64,000 nucleotides of DNA from Podarcis erhardii (taxonomy: Eukaryota), in NCBI GenBank assembly GCA_964252035.1, contig OZ176207.1. One strand, given 5' to 3'. Under the pieces are notes generated by a model. The model had not been told where the DNA came from. It saw only the letters and a list, made by a program, of their open reading frames with translations, and ran no database searches. A program made the position numbers and the translations under genes. Position 1 is the stretch's first letter; each line of letters opens with the position of its first letter. Below are positions 51,409 through 64,000 of the stretch, piece by piece.

Positions 51409-52887
51409 TACATACCGAAAATGGGTGTCACCCTTTTCTGCTAATGGCATTTAGGAATCAATAGTCTCTGATAATCCACTGTTCTACATGTCTGCCAGAC
51501 AACATACAGTGTGATCACACAGTATCAGAAATGCAGAGTATGAGCCAACAGTTTTGCAAGTCAAGCATTGATCCCCGACTCCATCAGGGCTGCCGGTCAG
51601 AGGAATCAACAGCAAACAGTTCAATTCAGGATATGATCACAACAGCTGTGACCTTCTTAGTTTTGGAAATCAGGTGCTAAGAAATTCAGCCCTGTGCTTG
51701 CTGTCCATCATGAAGTTGTCATATCTGCTCAATACATTTTTTTTAGAAGTGGACCAATCTAATCATAAGATTGTACAGCTGGAAGGGACTATGAGGGCAA
51801 TCTAATCAGTCTCAAGAGCAGCAACTTGTGCTCATGTAAACAATGATCTAATCATGACAATAATATCTGCCATGCCCCTGATAAAGCAGAATGTTTCTAG
51901 AGCCACATGTAACATTAAATACAACACAAGCTTTGTAGCCCTCTAGTGCCCATGTGAGGTGATGCCAGAATCCTTCTACTTAAAGATACCCGGACTTCTG
52001 GTTTCCTGCTGTGGGAAATGGCTGCCTCCCACATGAATGGACCCAAGCTGTGCCAATAATTCAGGGCTGATATGAGGGTAATTAGCCCTGGCAGATTCTC
52101 CAAGGTGAGGGAGGACTGTCTCACAGACCCACAAACTGTCTGTGATCTGTTGGCTTGCATCAAGGTGCGAGCGACAGGGATGCTGTGTCTAAGAGCACGG
52201 TATGGCTGGCACTCTCCAGAGCCACTCCTGCATGCAGGAGACACCTGTTTTCTAAAATAAGAAGATTTGGACAAAAAACAAGCATGTTCCAGATGGAGGA
52301 GATTAAGGGAAAAAACTGTCAAATTATGCAGTCGTTGAAAACAGAACTTTGGACTTTAAATGGACTCTCATCTTGAAACGTGGACTAAGGAGGTGAGCAA
52401 CCGCTCTTTCCGTACTTGTTATATACATCACGATTTGGCGAAGCTCATCCAGAAAGAATTACTTGAACGAAACACAAGAGGTGAAATTTTTAACTGAATG
52501 CATGATGCACAGCCGTCAACGGAGAACTCTAGTTAGAATTAGAGCTGGCAAAATAAGATCAGATATGGCGGCTCAGGCTGAAGATGGAAAGAAAATGGCG
52601 ATCATTATTGCAGAGTTACAAAAAAAGGGGGATTCTAATGGAAAAGAGCTCCTTTGAACTTGGGGTGTATTTCATTCTAAAATACATCTGCTTGTATGGA
52701 TTATTTTTATACATGATTGTGGACAGAAACTGTGGACAGAAGGATGGAGAGTGCTGGATCCCTGCCAGCTCTTCTAGGACCTGGAGGAGATGGGGGGGGG
52801 GGGAGGTCCTTTTATTCTTGGAGGAATTTAAATAATTCTCACATAATATACAGCTGGGAAGCATGCCCTACAATACAGCATTATATA

Positions 52888-53137
52888 CAGTGGTACCTCG
52901 GGTTACAGACCCTTTAGGTTACAGACGCTTCAGGTTACAGACTCCGCTAACCCAGAAATAGTACCTCGGGTTAAGAACTTTACTTCAGGATGAGAACAGA
53001 AATCGCGCGGTGGTGGCACAGCAGCAGTGGTAGGCCCCATTAGCTAAAGTGGTACCTCAGGCTAAGAACAGTTTCAGGTTAAGAATGGACCTCCAGAACA
53101 AATTAAGTTCTTAACCCAAGGTACCACGGTACCACTG
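52888..53137. mobile_element. Tigger-like MITE
   Basis: TA|cagtggtacctcgggttac ... ggtaccactg|TA; same family as 56765 and 37158. Confidence 0.9.
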
Positions 53138-56100
53138 TACAGACATATACAGCTCATTAAGAGACATCAGAGAGAACTTGTTGACTTGCCATTTATAAAC
53201 TCTATTTTTGGAACAAAGTCCGGTGCCTTTAATGAGAACTTGACGAACAAAGGAGAGATAAGAGGACTGAACACCAAAATAATTGGACAGAGAATAAGAT
53301 GAATAAAAAATGCCTCCTGTGTGTTAACAAGACAAAAACTTTGCTACAGAAGATGTGAACCACAGGAACAATGACTAATTAGACTGAGAATAAGGACGAT
53401 TATCTCTAGACATCTGGAACATGGGAAGTCCCCCCCCCCCAAAAAAATTAATAATTGAAATATATAAATGGTGGTATTGTTATTATTGTAATTTGGATTG
53501 ATTTGATTTAATCTGTCATTATTTGGAAGATTGTTATTGAAAATGAATTTTAAAAATTAGCATAAAAAGATACCAAAGAGGGTCTGGTAAAAACAACCAA
53601 TTACAGGACTAGATTAAGATAATGATAGAAGCTTAAAATCTGAGAGTTCAGAATCACTTTTAGAGTCCAGGGTTTAGCTTCCTCAAGAACAGAACAACCC
53701 ATACGTTTTGTCCACCTAGGACACCTATTTTCCCAACCACAGCAGCAGATGGGCTTTTGTAAATGAAACATACTTTTATTGTGAAGCAACAAGGCAGGCA
53801 TCTACTATCCAGTCACTGAGTTCAATAGCACTTACTTCATATTAAGTGTCCCTGGGGTATAAGTATACCATTATACATTATAACACAAATGGCTGGAAGT
53901 TTGGTCCCTTTGTGAAGAAATGTGTTGTAATACATAAAATATGAACGCCAATGTAATTATTTAAAAGTTGCCTTCACTCTAAAATATATTCTGTTTGTCA
54001 GAAGGTATATGGTGGAAACCAACTGATGAGGTAATTTAACATAAAAATATGAAGTCTGACAATATTTTATGTGGGTTTCCTCAATTATATGTCATTTCAC
54101 ATAAGCAGCCTTTTGTTCATCTTCAAGAACATGACTGAAAACTGTTCTGAGCATTGGCAACAAAACTGGGTTCAAGCACCAAACAAACTTTCAATCCCAA
54201 CTAGGCAGATAGGTCTTACGTTCCCAGCTTGCCAGGGACAAAATGAGCCAAAAATATTTTAAACGTCTTTTAAAATGAACTAATTGGTTTCATTTTTCTG
54301 CTTCTAGAAAGCTTTTAGGCTGCATTTTACCATTTTTATTGTTGAATTTTAATTCTATTGCATTTTAATGTTGTGGTTTATTCTTTGTTCAAATATCCAG
54401 CCACACCAGGCTTACTGAATCACTGTGAGTAAAGAAAACCTCTCAGACAGTAACAATTACAAATTAAAGGTACACTACAGGTGGGTGTGATCAGACCTAT
54501 AAAAGTCATGTGGCTTTGCGACTGCAAAATGCACCCATGCATTTTGATATACATGTAATTTTCATCCACCTTACAGAATTTCATATCCAAATAGCCTTAA
54601 AGCTTTGCAGAATTATCTTGAAGAATATAGAAGATCCATGCAATCATGGAAACTAGAATACAGGTTGCAGGAGCACTGAAATAATTTATTCCAAATATGT
54701 ATTTCAGCTGATGCAAACACTGGCACCAAATCCTGTCAGCTTGAAATCTTGCATTTCAGAAAGTTACTCACAGAGCAGAGACCCCCATACCTGATATGGT
54801 TTTCAGAGAACTGGCAGCTTTTCTTGATGCATTGAGTACACTCAATGTACTGAGTGAACACTCTTCAGTACCACATGAAATTCTTGTCAGGTATGAAGAG
54901 TTCTGCAAGGCAACTGAAGAAGGTGTTCATTTGAAGACAAAGCGAGGTACTGGATGGTTTACAAAAAATTCTTACATTTCTTTCAAGAAGCAAAAAAGAG
55001 GCTTTGACCTACTACTGTCCACTGAGGCTTTCTGTCCTTTGTATTCATAACTATGCAAGCTGGTTGGTGTAATTCCACAGCAACTTTCTGAAAATGCAGG
55101 AATTTCATTCAGGAATCAAAACTGAATTCCGCATGTATTCCTTTACAATCTGAAGATCATGGAAGTTAAGCAGTTTAGCTGAGCCCTGGTGTTTTGACTA
55201 GAAGTCTATGTTCTTGCAGTAAGCAGGCTAAAGCATTTACTAACTTCATTTCAATAACAGAATGGTGGGCTCAAGTCATTACATCAGAATGTGCCTACTT
55301 TTGTACCTGTTTCACCAGCTTGGTTTTGTTTGGGTGTGTTGTTGTTGTTTTACAAAGGAGAGCTTTCAACCTCATCAAAGAGCATCAAAGAACATGAGGA
55401 CAAATGTCTGATTGCACAAAGCGCATGCAATTCCTTTTGTGACAGTAAAACAAAAAGCACCCCATTATTATGAATTCTGGAAAGGACGCTAGGATGACAA
55501 CCAGGGTTCTCTCCCTGAATGCTAAAGAAAATTGCTGAGCAGTAGATGCTGATAGATTTAAGAAACTTGCTTGTAAGTGATGTTTCCATTTGCTTTAGGA
55601 TGTGAGAAGACAAAGAAAAAAGATTTTTAACAGAAAATCCCTGGAGATCTAATTGGGAGAATCCTTTACAGTACATTTAAAAGAAAAAAAGGAAGCAAAG
55701 GCCTGTGCACTCAGATTCACCAACTCCCTTATCAGTTGCTTTGTGCCCTATTATTAATTTGATGAACAAATATGATAAATCCATACTGTTAAGGCACTTA
55801 GAAAGGTTTGTGACAAGTGATTCCTGTGGTTTTGTGAAAATGGAATGTTTTTTCTTCATCTCTTTGGAGATTTGCATGTTTGGGCAACTTTCTCTCCATG
55901 TTTTGTGAAAAATACAGTATAACATCTTAATGAATTGATGCCATACTCCCATAACTATTTCACCACCTATTGAGATTTTGGATCAAGAGAAAAGATTTAA
56001 CATTGAAGAGTAAGGATTACAGTTCAATATTTCTGATGCAGCTTATCACAGACCAGATCACTTCTGAAAGCACTACAAAACAATAACTTCAATCAATCAC

Positions 56101-56764
56101 TGCTTTCTTATGTGGTTAAAGGACTGAATAAAGAATGGCACTACCTGGCACCGAGGAGGTCTATAATATGATGGTGATTTGACACACAAATGACAGTTGG
56201 GGTGGTTAATGAGCAAGAGGTACAGATTATAGACTGGGGTGGTAGTAAGCCGTTCTGAGAGGATATTCATCTCCACAAATGAAGCCTTTTTCTGGAAAAA
56301 AAAAGCCTCAAATGAAGCCTTTTTCTGGAAATGTACGCTGAGGACTGCAATCTATGAGCAGACTGAAACAGATTCAGTTATGGAAGAAATAAGATGGAAA
56401 ATACAAGAGGAAAAACAAAAAGTAGCATTACAAGAGGATGATCAAAAAGGGCTACAACAGCAATTGGGGGAAAAGACTCACTGGACCACAATGTGCATTT
56501 CTCCTTTTTGTTTGTTAAGGAAACAATGCTTGCCAAACTATTATCTTTAAATGAATTACTTCAGTATCCTAAGCAAAAATTTAATTTAATTTGAGGCTAG
56601 TAATTATGGATTCAGATTCAATAGAAATGTGAGGAGTATCATTAGGAATTTTGCTTATTGGGAGAACCCACCCGAGTGCTCTCTGTTGTCAAGTTACAAG
56701 TCAGATAACCATTCTGAAGTTTTTGTCAGAGGATACAACTCATTTAAGTGAATCTGTTACTGTA

Positions 56765-56989
56765 CAGTGGTACCTTGGGTTAAAGACGCTTCAGGTTGCA
56801 GACTCCGCTAACCCAGAAACAGTACCTCAGGTTAAGAACTTTGTTTCATGATGAGAACAGAAATCGTGCAGCAGGGCACAGCGGCAGCGGGAGGCCCCAG
56901 TAGCTAAAGTGGTGTCTCAGGTTAAGAACAGTTTCAGGTTAAGAACGGACCTCCGGAACGAATTAAGTTCTTAACCCAAGGTATCACTG
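56765..56989. mobile_element. Tigger-like MITE
   Basis: TA|cagtggtaccttgggtta ... taacccaaggtatcactg|TA. Confidence 0.9.
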
Positions 56990-57302
56990 TAATAGGTTAA
57001 TGGGAATCTGTGCATTTTCAGTTTATTTAAAATAATGCAAATACAAATTAAGGAGGACAGTTATGCTCTAAGTACCCTTTCAGTGGTGGCTGTTTGAAGA
57101 GTACACATACAATATGCAGACTTGAAGAAAAATTAATATTGCTGAAAAGCACAGAAAGGCTCTTCCAATTCTTTATATACAATTATGGCAGCAATCCTAT
57201 TCACATTTTACCAGAAGCAAGATTCACCAAACACAGTGAAATTTACTTCTGAGTAAACATGCATTGAATTCAGCTGTGTTAGATGGAAGTATATAGTTTT
57301 AC

Positions 57303-57377
57303 CTGTTCTATGAAATGCCTCTTCCTAAACGCTTCCCAGTCTTCTTTCAGAAAGGGTTCTTTTGTTCTCACTGTCAC
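57303..57377 (-). CDS. FAM193A: FAM193A exon VTVRTKEPFLKEDWEAFRKRHFIEQ
   Basis: ttttgttccag| ... CAG|gtaaaa, 75 bp, phase 0-0; aligns to recalled human MTMKTKQRMLTEDWELFKQRRFIEEQ. Confidence 0.85.
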
Positions 57378-57989
57378 CTGGAACAAAATTAAGCTAGGTT
57401 CACTGATTAACACTGCTTGATTTCTACTTTACCCAACTCAGAAGATACATGCTTATATCCCGATTATTGAATAATATAGCAGCTTAAAGCCATAACATTT
57501 GTATCAACAAAAGTTATGGTACGTAGATGCAGAAAAAATGCAGGTGATCTATTGAATTACATTGAATTGAGCTGGTTCCCCTACCTTTTCTAATGTAGAA
57601 ACCTGCTTTCAAGCTCACACAAGGCTAAACTTAAAATTGAAAAGCTGGCCACAAATATCCTATACAAACAATTACATGGCTAGCACAATTAGATAGAACA
57701 CTTATAATAAAATATAAACAGTGTTTTATAAGATCAAAGCGGATGGCTAGGGCTCAGAAGTAGCACAGCATGGTACACATCCTAACAAATCCAACATACA
57801 CCCACTAAATTATTGCTTCTTGCTCGCTCAACCCTGAGCCACAAAACCATCAGCATTGTTATTTTCCTTGGCTGAAGGGAAGTCAGTGGCAGTAACTACC
57901 CCATCCCTCAATCCATTAAAAACCCCTCTCTCTTCAGGCTTGGGCTTGAATATTCTGAGGAAATGAAAGCAGTATTCAAGGAAACTGCC

Positions 57990-58315
57990 AGTCTATCACA
58001 CTTAGCATCGCTGGGCAGCTTCGCCAGTCAGCTTCCTCCCGGTGCGGAAGAGAGCCCGCCATCTATTGCTGCTGCGGCAGCTTCGCTGGGCAGCAGCAGT
58101 GGGCAGCGGGCTCCGTGCCAGGAGGAAGTCGCCCAGCGAAGCCAGCTTAGCATTTTCTGGGCCACTTCACCAGGCAGCTTCCTCCCAGCACGGAGCCCGC
58201 CGCCCACTGCCACTGCCGCTGCCCAGTGAACCCATACCCGGCATATAAGACAACTCCCAACTTTTTAGAGAATTTTCCGGGGTTAAAAAGTCGTCATATA
58301 CACCGGAATCTACGG
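57990..58315. mobile_element. GC-rich pogo/Tc1-like element end with internal inverted repeat
   Basis: Terminus tatacaccggaatctacgg|TA; 58085-58130 and 58177-58227 are imperfect inverted copies. Confidence 0.55.
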
Positions 58316-59768
58316 TAAGTCAAATGCCTGAGACAGATCCATCCCATCATGAGTAGCTTAGCCCTATATGCTCTTAGCTCAAACAAATCTTACTAGAAGA
58401 TTTTAAGAGCTCTTTGGAAAGAATTCTAGACTATAAAATCTCAGAGAACATTCCATATTGCTGTTGATTTTAGCCTAACCGAATAGAAAGAAATTACATG
58501 GATTTTGAAGTTGTGTCTCTTGCACCTTAGTCTAGCATTCTAACCATACTAGCTTTCTTCATTATTGGTTTTGGTGTAATATACTCCACTAGTATATTAA
58601 ACTTAATTAAATAGCTAAAAAACATCTTGCAACTTGTTCTTCTTGCAAATGAGACCTAGGTCAACTGTGAAGTTCAGGTATTTATTTTATTTACACACCT
58701 GTAACCCTTCTTTCTCAGATTCAAAAATTTGTGAGTAATTCAGTGTTTTTGGAATTTCAAAAGTATTTTATCTAAAAGTTCTATTTATCACACAATACTG
58801 AAGACTCAATACAGGTATCATGTATCGATTATTAAAACACAGTATTTAACACTTAAATTAATTTGGTAAAAATAAGTGTACAAATTAAAAACAAAAATGC
58901 TTTAATCCATCTCAGATCTGTCATTTCTTATAGCACATGTGATAAACAAAGAATCCAAAAGAAAGAACGTGTAGGGGAAACAGTTTCAAAGATGTTGAAA
59001 AGCAATGCATTTTTTTATTAATGCTCAATATGCACTGGCCTAAACAGGGCTTCCTCAGGGCCTTTTCCATAAAAGAATAGGGCGGTTAATAAACAAAGCT
59101 AAACACACACACACACACACCCCTTTAAAACACAATCTCAAGAGTCATATATGTGTAAAACTCTCATTATCAACTTTTCATAGAAAATGCTTCATGGTAA
59201 CACAAACAAACTTTCCATATACATGTAAAAAGGCAGGGGGGTGTATTACACATCACAGTTCTACAAGATGCTGCTGTCTGCAGCAACCATGGCAGGCAAC
59301 ACAAAGGGTAAGTATGCTGCCACTATACAAATTTTAAGGTGCAGTTTTATGACATGTAGCAAGTCCTGCTAATCTGGGAGCAATAGTATACCTGCATGGC
59401 TACCCAGCAAAAACTACATGTACAAATATTCCCCGTGCCACAAACACAACTTTCACTTAACACTTAATGAGAACAGTTGATAGCAGAAAAGTTTCAACCC
59501 CAAGCATCTCCAATTCCTCCAGTTTTTTGGAAGCCAGTTGCTGGCTTTCCTTGCTCCCTGTCATCTTCTTCAAAAGCAAATATATATAAGGCAAATGACT
59601 AAAATAAAATGATTTGTGCACATACACAAACATATTAATATAGTACACCTATACACAGTGTTAACAATTATCTGCATCTCTTTACATATACCTGTATACA
59701 ATTTGTTTTAACACCTGAACTTTCTGATTAAGATTATATATATATATAAATATATATTATTTGCTTAC

Positions 59769-59913
59769 CTGTTCATCAACATAATCATCTATTCTTTTCT
59801 GATATTCAAGCCATGTTTCAGCAACTTGACCCATCTCCTGTTCCAACTGGTGATACTGTTGAAGCAAGTTACTATATGTATCTTCGCTACAGGAATCATG
59901 TGTTACTCCTAGC
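59769..59913 (-). CDS. FAM193A: FAM193A most 5' exon found in window (R)LGVTHDSCSEDTYS...RIDDYVDEQ
   Basis: ttgttag| ... CAG|gtaagc, 145 bp, phase 2-0. Upstream exons were not found in 59914-64000. Confidence 0.92.
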
Positions 59914-60984
59914 CTAACAATTAAGATAACAGTAAGTGTATAGTCTTATGTAAACAGCCTTAACTAAAATATATTAAAGCATTTTGTTCTATCAACTAGC
60001 ATTTTTACTATATTCCAGAAACTTATCATACCAACAAATCCAAATAATAAATCTTGTTTATTGGTCCAGAATTGGCATTTTTTCTCAGAATTGGCATTTT
60101 TCTCATGGAAAGATTAAACATCTTGAGTAATTATTAAAGGACAAACGAAAAATAATTTAGCCAAATCCAAGAAATGAGTCATAAAAAGATGGGAAAACTT
60201 TGCAAGCCTCACTTTTGAGATCTAATGATGTATCCTGTCCTGGCATACTATAAGATGTAAATGGTTTAAACAAATAATAACAATAAATATATAATTAATT
60301 CCAATTTTATGCTATTTTTCAAACATTACTCTAGAGGGCCAATGAAATTAACTGATGGATTTAAACTAGACTAAGAAGTTGTTTTGTCTTCCCTATTTTA
60401 TATTTTCTATCTTGCATTGCTTTACAAGCTAGGATGCTGATAGATCTATTAAATGAGCTAGATCAGAAGTATTACATATTGTTTCAAGGGTATTTTTGCA
60501 CTGCCTTTACCTTCAGACCCAAAACTTAATGTATTCTTGACATCAATTCTACCTTTATTCTGTGCCCTTTGGGCAACATTAATGTAATTTGTCACATCAG
60601 ACATTCTCTTGATGTTAAAGAAAGGAAATTCAAGTGGTCACAGCAGGGGTTGCCAACCCTTTTGGATCAGTGGGCACATTTGGAATTTTGAGAAAGTACT
60701 ATGGGTGCCTGTCAAAATAAGATGGCTCTGAGGTATTTGGCATAACACAAAATGGCAGCTATAGTGGGGGCATGGCATTAACACAAAATAGTGGTTGTGT
60801 GAGTGCCGCATCTAAGAGAGCAGAAATGTGGCTGGGGAAACCCAGCCAGAAGGGTGGGGTATAAATATTATTTTTTATCATCACCATCACCATCACAATC
60901 ATTATTATGGAATGCAAAATGGTGCATGTATCATGACTGCTCACAGAAAGAAATTATTTGCACCTCTTCAGAACAAGAGAGTTG

Positions 60985-61167
60985 GTTTCAAAAACCAAGG
61001 CGCGGCTTCCGACTGGTGGCAGGAGTTTCCTGCACTCAATTGGAAGCCGCGTTGGACGTTTGCCTTCCAAAAATAGTTTGCAAACCAGAACAGTCATTTC
61101 CGGGTCTGTGGTGTTTGGGAGCCAAAAAGTTCAAGAACTAAGCTGTTCAAAAACCAAGGTACGACTG
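60985..61167. mobile_element. Tigger-like MITE, left end truncated
   Basis: Homologous to 62825-63066; ends aaccaaggtacgactg|TA. Confidence 0.8.
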
Positions 61168-62824
61168 TATTTAAAATTAGCCAGGTGCATTTTGCATCTG
61201 AGTATTAGCCACTTGCGACTAAGTGAAGATGCCTGGGTAGCATCTGACATCTCCATCATCTGGGGATCATTGGATCTTGACTGTTTTTACCCACAAATAT
61301 CATCCTGTAAAATTCTTTCAGATATATTTTATCTGCAATCAGAATGAATTTCAGGGACCAAAATGCTTTTTCTGTGCAGCCTGAGCAGGAACAGTGAACA
61401 TTATAGTTAATTGTTGTAGTTTGTCTTCACTTACCCCACCCCACTGCCCTGCTCACAGTTGTGAAGAATACTCTTATGCTATGAATGATCTGCGTCACTA
61501 TTAAGAAAATATACATAGACTGTCCCTGGATAAAGTAACTTTTCTTCTTTAAGTTCTCAAAGTTCTTAATGTAGCTCAAGGTTGTCATCTGACCTAGCCA
61601 GATGTTTAACTGATAATCAATCATAACCAGTCCATTTGAAAAACAAGACTTTCCATTTTGGCAACTGTAACCTCGGTTTAAGGAGCCATTTGTTACCTAG
61701 CTTACAGAATGTCTAGTCACAATTCCCCTCCCTGTCCACTTCAGTTGCACTTTCTATTTATTTTTTCGAAACACATGAAATAATACACAGTTCATATAAG
61801 TGACACATTGGTAATATCACATTTTTAAAAGCAATTCTTAATTGGACACCACAAACATAAATAGGACTCAGCTCCTGCAATAAGGGTGAAAATCTTAAGT
61901 CATTTGAAAAAATAGTATTTACAAATACCGGCATGTATAGATATAGATATAATATATGTTATTTAAAGTATTGTGCTAGATTTGAACTTACATGTTTGGG
62001 GTGGGGTGGCAAAGCGGCATGCAGAAGGCAGCAGCAATCTCTCCTACTCTAGAGTTGGGCAGGGTGGCATTTCTCCTCCTGCGCCCACAGCACCAGAAAT
62101 TTTAACACTGAATCTCAGTCGTGTACATGGCGACAAGACTTCTGAAACTGCTCACAATCAGACAATTCCCAGTCACAAAACACACCTAGCTCCTGGCTAA
62201 TATCGAACACTGAGTGGTGATGATGCAGTTTGCCTTCTATGTGTTGCATAGAAGTATGCTTTAAAAAATCAAATCTTGATGGAACATTAATAGAATGTCA
62301 AGAGGAGACTCTTTCAGTTATATTAACTGCCTTCCTAAACGGGCATTAAATTGAGTGCCTTAACATTAAGGATCAACCCTGTCAACTAACAGTATCTTCA
62401 ATACTGACATTAGTTCAGCTCTTGGGAGATTAACCACACGGACAGGTGAATTCAAACTGAAACCCAGTCTGTCAGACATAGAATCAACCATGACACACCA
62501 TGTCCAATTTACATTGGGTTGATGCTACATGATACAAAACAAGTAAGAGAATTTGTCTTCAAGTTCTCATTTTGGACACAACATTTCATATAAATAGTGT
62601 GTTTTGTCTCTCCTCTAAGATGGGCAATGCTGTGTGTGATCTCCATCCGCCTAGACTTATACAGTGGTATAATACAATAGCAGCTCAACAGAATCAGCCA
62701 ACTATTTCACTGAATCAGGCATCTCTAATGTAGCACACCTCACATAGATAAAAGCATGGAAGGTGGTGGTGCAATGCTTAGTTGTGCAAAGTGTTAGGAT
62801 AACTAGACGACTATCACAATACTA

Positions 62825-63066
62825 CAGTCGAACCTTGGCTCTCGAACAGAATCCGTTCCGGAAGCCTATTTGACTTCCGAAAACATTCAACAACCAAGGT
62901 GCGGCTTCTGATTGGCTGCAGGAGCTTCCTGCACTCAATCGGAAGCCACATTGGAAGTTTGGCTTCCAAAAATAGCTCGCAAAATAGAACAGTCACTTCC
63001 AGGTTTGTGGTGTTTGGGAGCCAAAACATTCGAGAACTAAGCTGTTCGAAAACCAAGATACGACTG
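62825..63066. mobile_element. Tigger-like MITE
   Basis: TA|cagtcgaaccttgg ... ccaagatacgactg|TA. Confidence 0.9.
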
Positions 63067-63509
63067 TATACTGTACCTCTGAACTGGTCAAGATCTCACC
63101 TTTTCCAGTGGCCAATATTGCCACTTTTGGAACATGCAAATTCATATGAATTCATATGAAAATACTACAATCAGAAAATCTACTGAAAGTAATCTACAAT
63201 TTAGCTACAAGAATGGGGAATGGGTGGGGAAAGCAGTCCCCTTCCTGTGTACCTGCCCTGTGTACCTGAAGTACCTGAAGTTTGCCCTGTGTACCTGAAG
63301 TTTGATTTTGTGTATCTAATGTTGTGTTTGGTATGGAGGGAGAAGTGTAAATAGAATAAATATTCTCATATCTTGAAATATATAAGATAACCATTCTGGT
63401 CTAGTTCTTACTTTCGGTCCTGCCCATTTGTGATAGTGAGTGAGATTTACTGGATGTGTGTTGTCTGCTTTTTGAACCCATGTCTGCAGCGTGAGACAGA
63501 GCATCTTTC

Positions 63510-63900
63510 TAGCCCTTTGCTGATGACACCAAGTTGTTCAGGGTAGTTTTTAACTAAAAGTTGCTGTGAAGCACTCCAAAAGGGGTGAATGAGCATTAAA
63601 ATGATAAATCTAATTCAGTGTTAAAAAGTGCAAAGTGAAATATGCTGGGGCAAAATATCCTAACACTACATATATGCTATTGTGGTCTGAGCTGATGGTG
63701 ACTGACCAAGAACCAAGATCTAAGGGATCTGGAGTGAATAGCTCAATTAAGACGCTGACCAAGGTTGTGGCAGCAGTAAAATGGAGGAATTATATTTTAG
63801 GGATCATTAGGGAAAGGATTGAAAACAGAACTGGAAAAAAGAAGGACATGTCAGCTGAACTCGGAATACTGTGTGCAATTGTGGTCACCACATCTCTTAA
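63510..63900 (+). mobile_element. CR1 LINE RT remnant
   Basis: tttgctgatgacaccaagttgttc (FADDTKLF, RT YxDD-equivalent motif) followed by degraded CR1 ORF2. Confidence 0.75.
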
Positions 63901-64000
63901 AGCAGTGATGTCCAACCGGTTGACCGTGATCGACAGGTAGATCCACAGGGATGCTTTTTGATCCTGTGTTTTAAAAAACTGTAGAAAAAAAAATTCTCCG

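Noticed and set aside
54796-55050. 84-aa plus ORF MVFRELAAFLDAL...
   Set aside because: Short, antisense in a FAM193A intron, no recognisable motif; the surrounding frames are full of stops.
61427-61624. Minus ORF ending at a gtaagt donor as a possible next FAM193A exon
   Set aside because: Translation does not match the expected ENEHLKKFQVTWELHNKHLFENLVF segment in the frames examined.

Overview
Vertebrate genomic DNA, most likely a squamate (lacertid-like lizard, judged from Sauria/Squam SINEs and TA-flanked 'cagtggtacctc' MITEs); no prokaryotic features. Three protein-coding genes can be reconstructed by hand. (1) SMIM33-like, single coding exon, minus strand, 2772-3158. (2) ECSCR-like type I membrane protein, plus strand, about 8 small exons from 11938 to about 20878, head-to-head with SMIM33-like. 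(3) The 3' part of FAM193A, minus strand, 15 phase-consistent GT-AG exons from 59913 down to the stop at 23249 (about 1096 codons); its 5' exons probably lie beyond the window. The remainder is rich in repeats: L2, CR1, Rex1/Babar and L1/Tx1 LINE remnants, tRNA SINEs, Tc1/mariner and hAT MITEs, and microsatellites. Most notable: (a) a TSD-flanked Penelope-like insertion that folds into a ~77-bp hairpin and carries an intact minimal type I hammerhead ribozyme core (5861-5898, minus), with a second copy bearing a G12A core mutation at 8108-8147; (b) the SMIM33/ECSCR pair sitting beside FAM193A rather than DNAJC18/STING1 as in human, suggesting a retained paralogous pair or a rearrangement; (c) a mirror-symmetric 7.3-11.5 kb region with a 129-bp tandem array and an internally re-inverted block between the two divergent genes. 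Homology calls come from remembered protein sequences and repeat motifs, not database searches.
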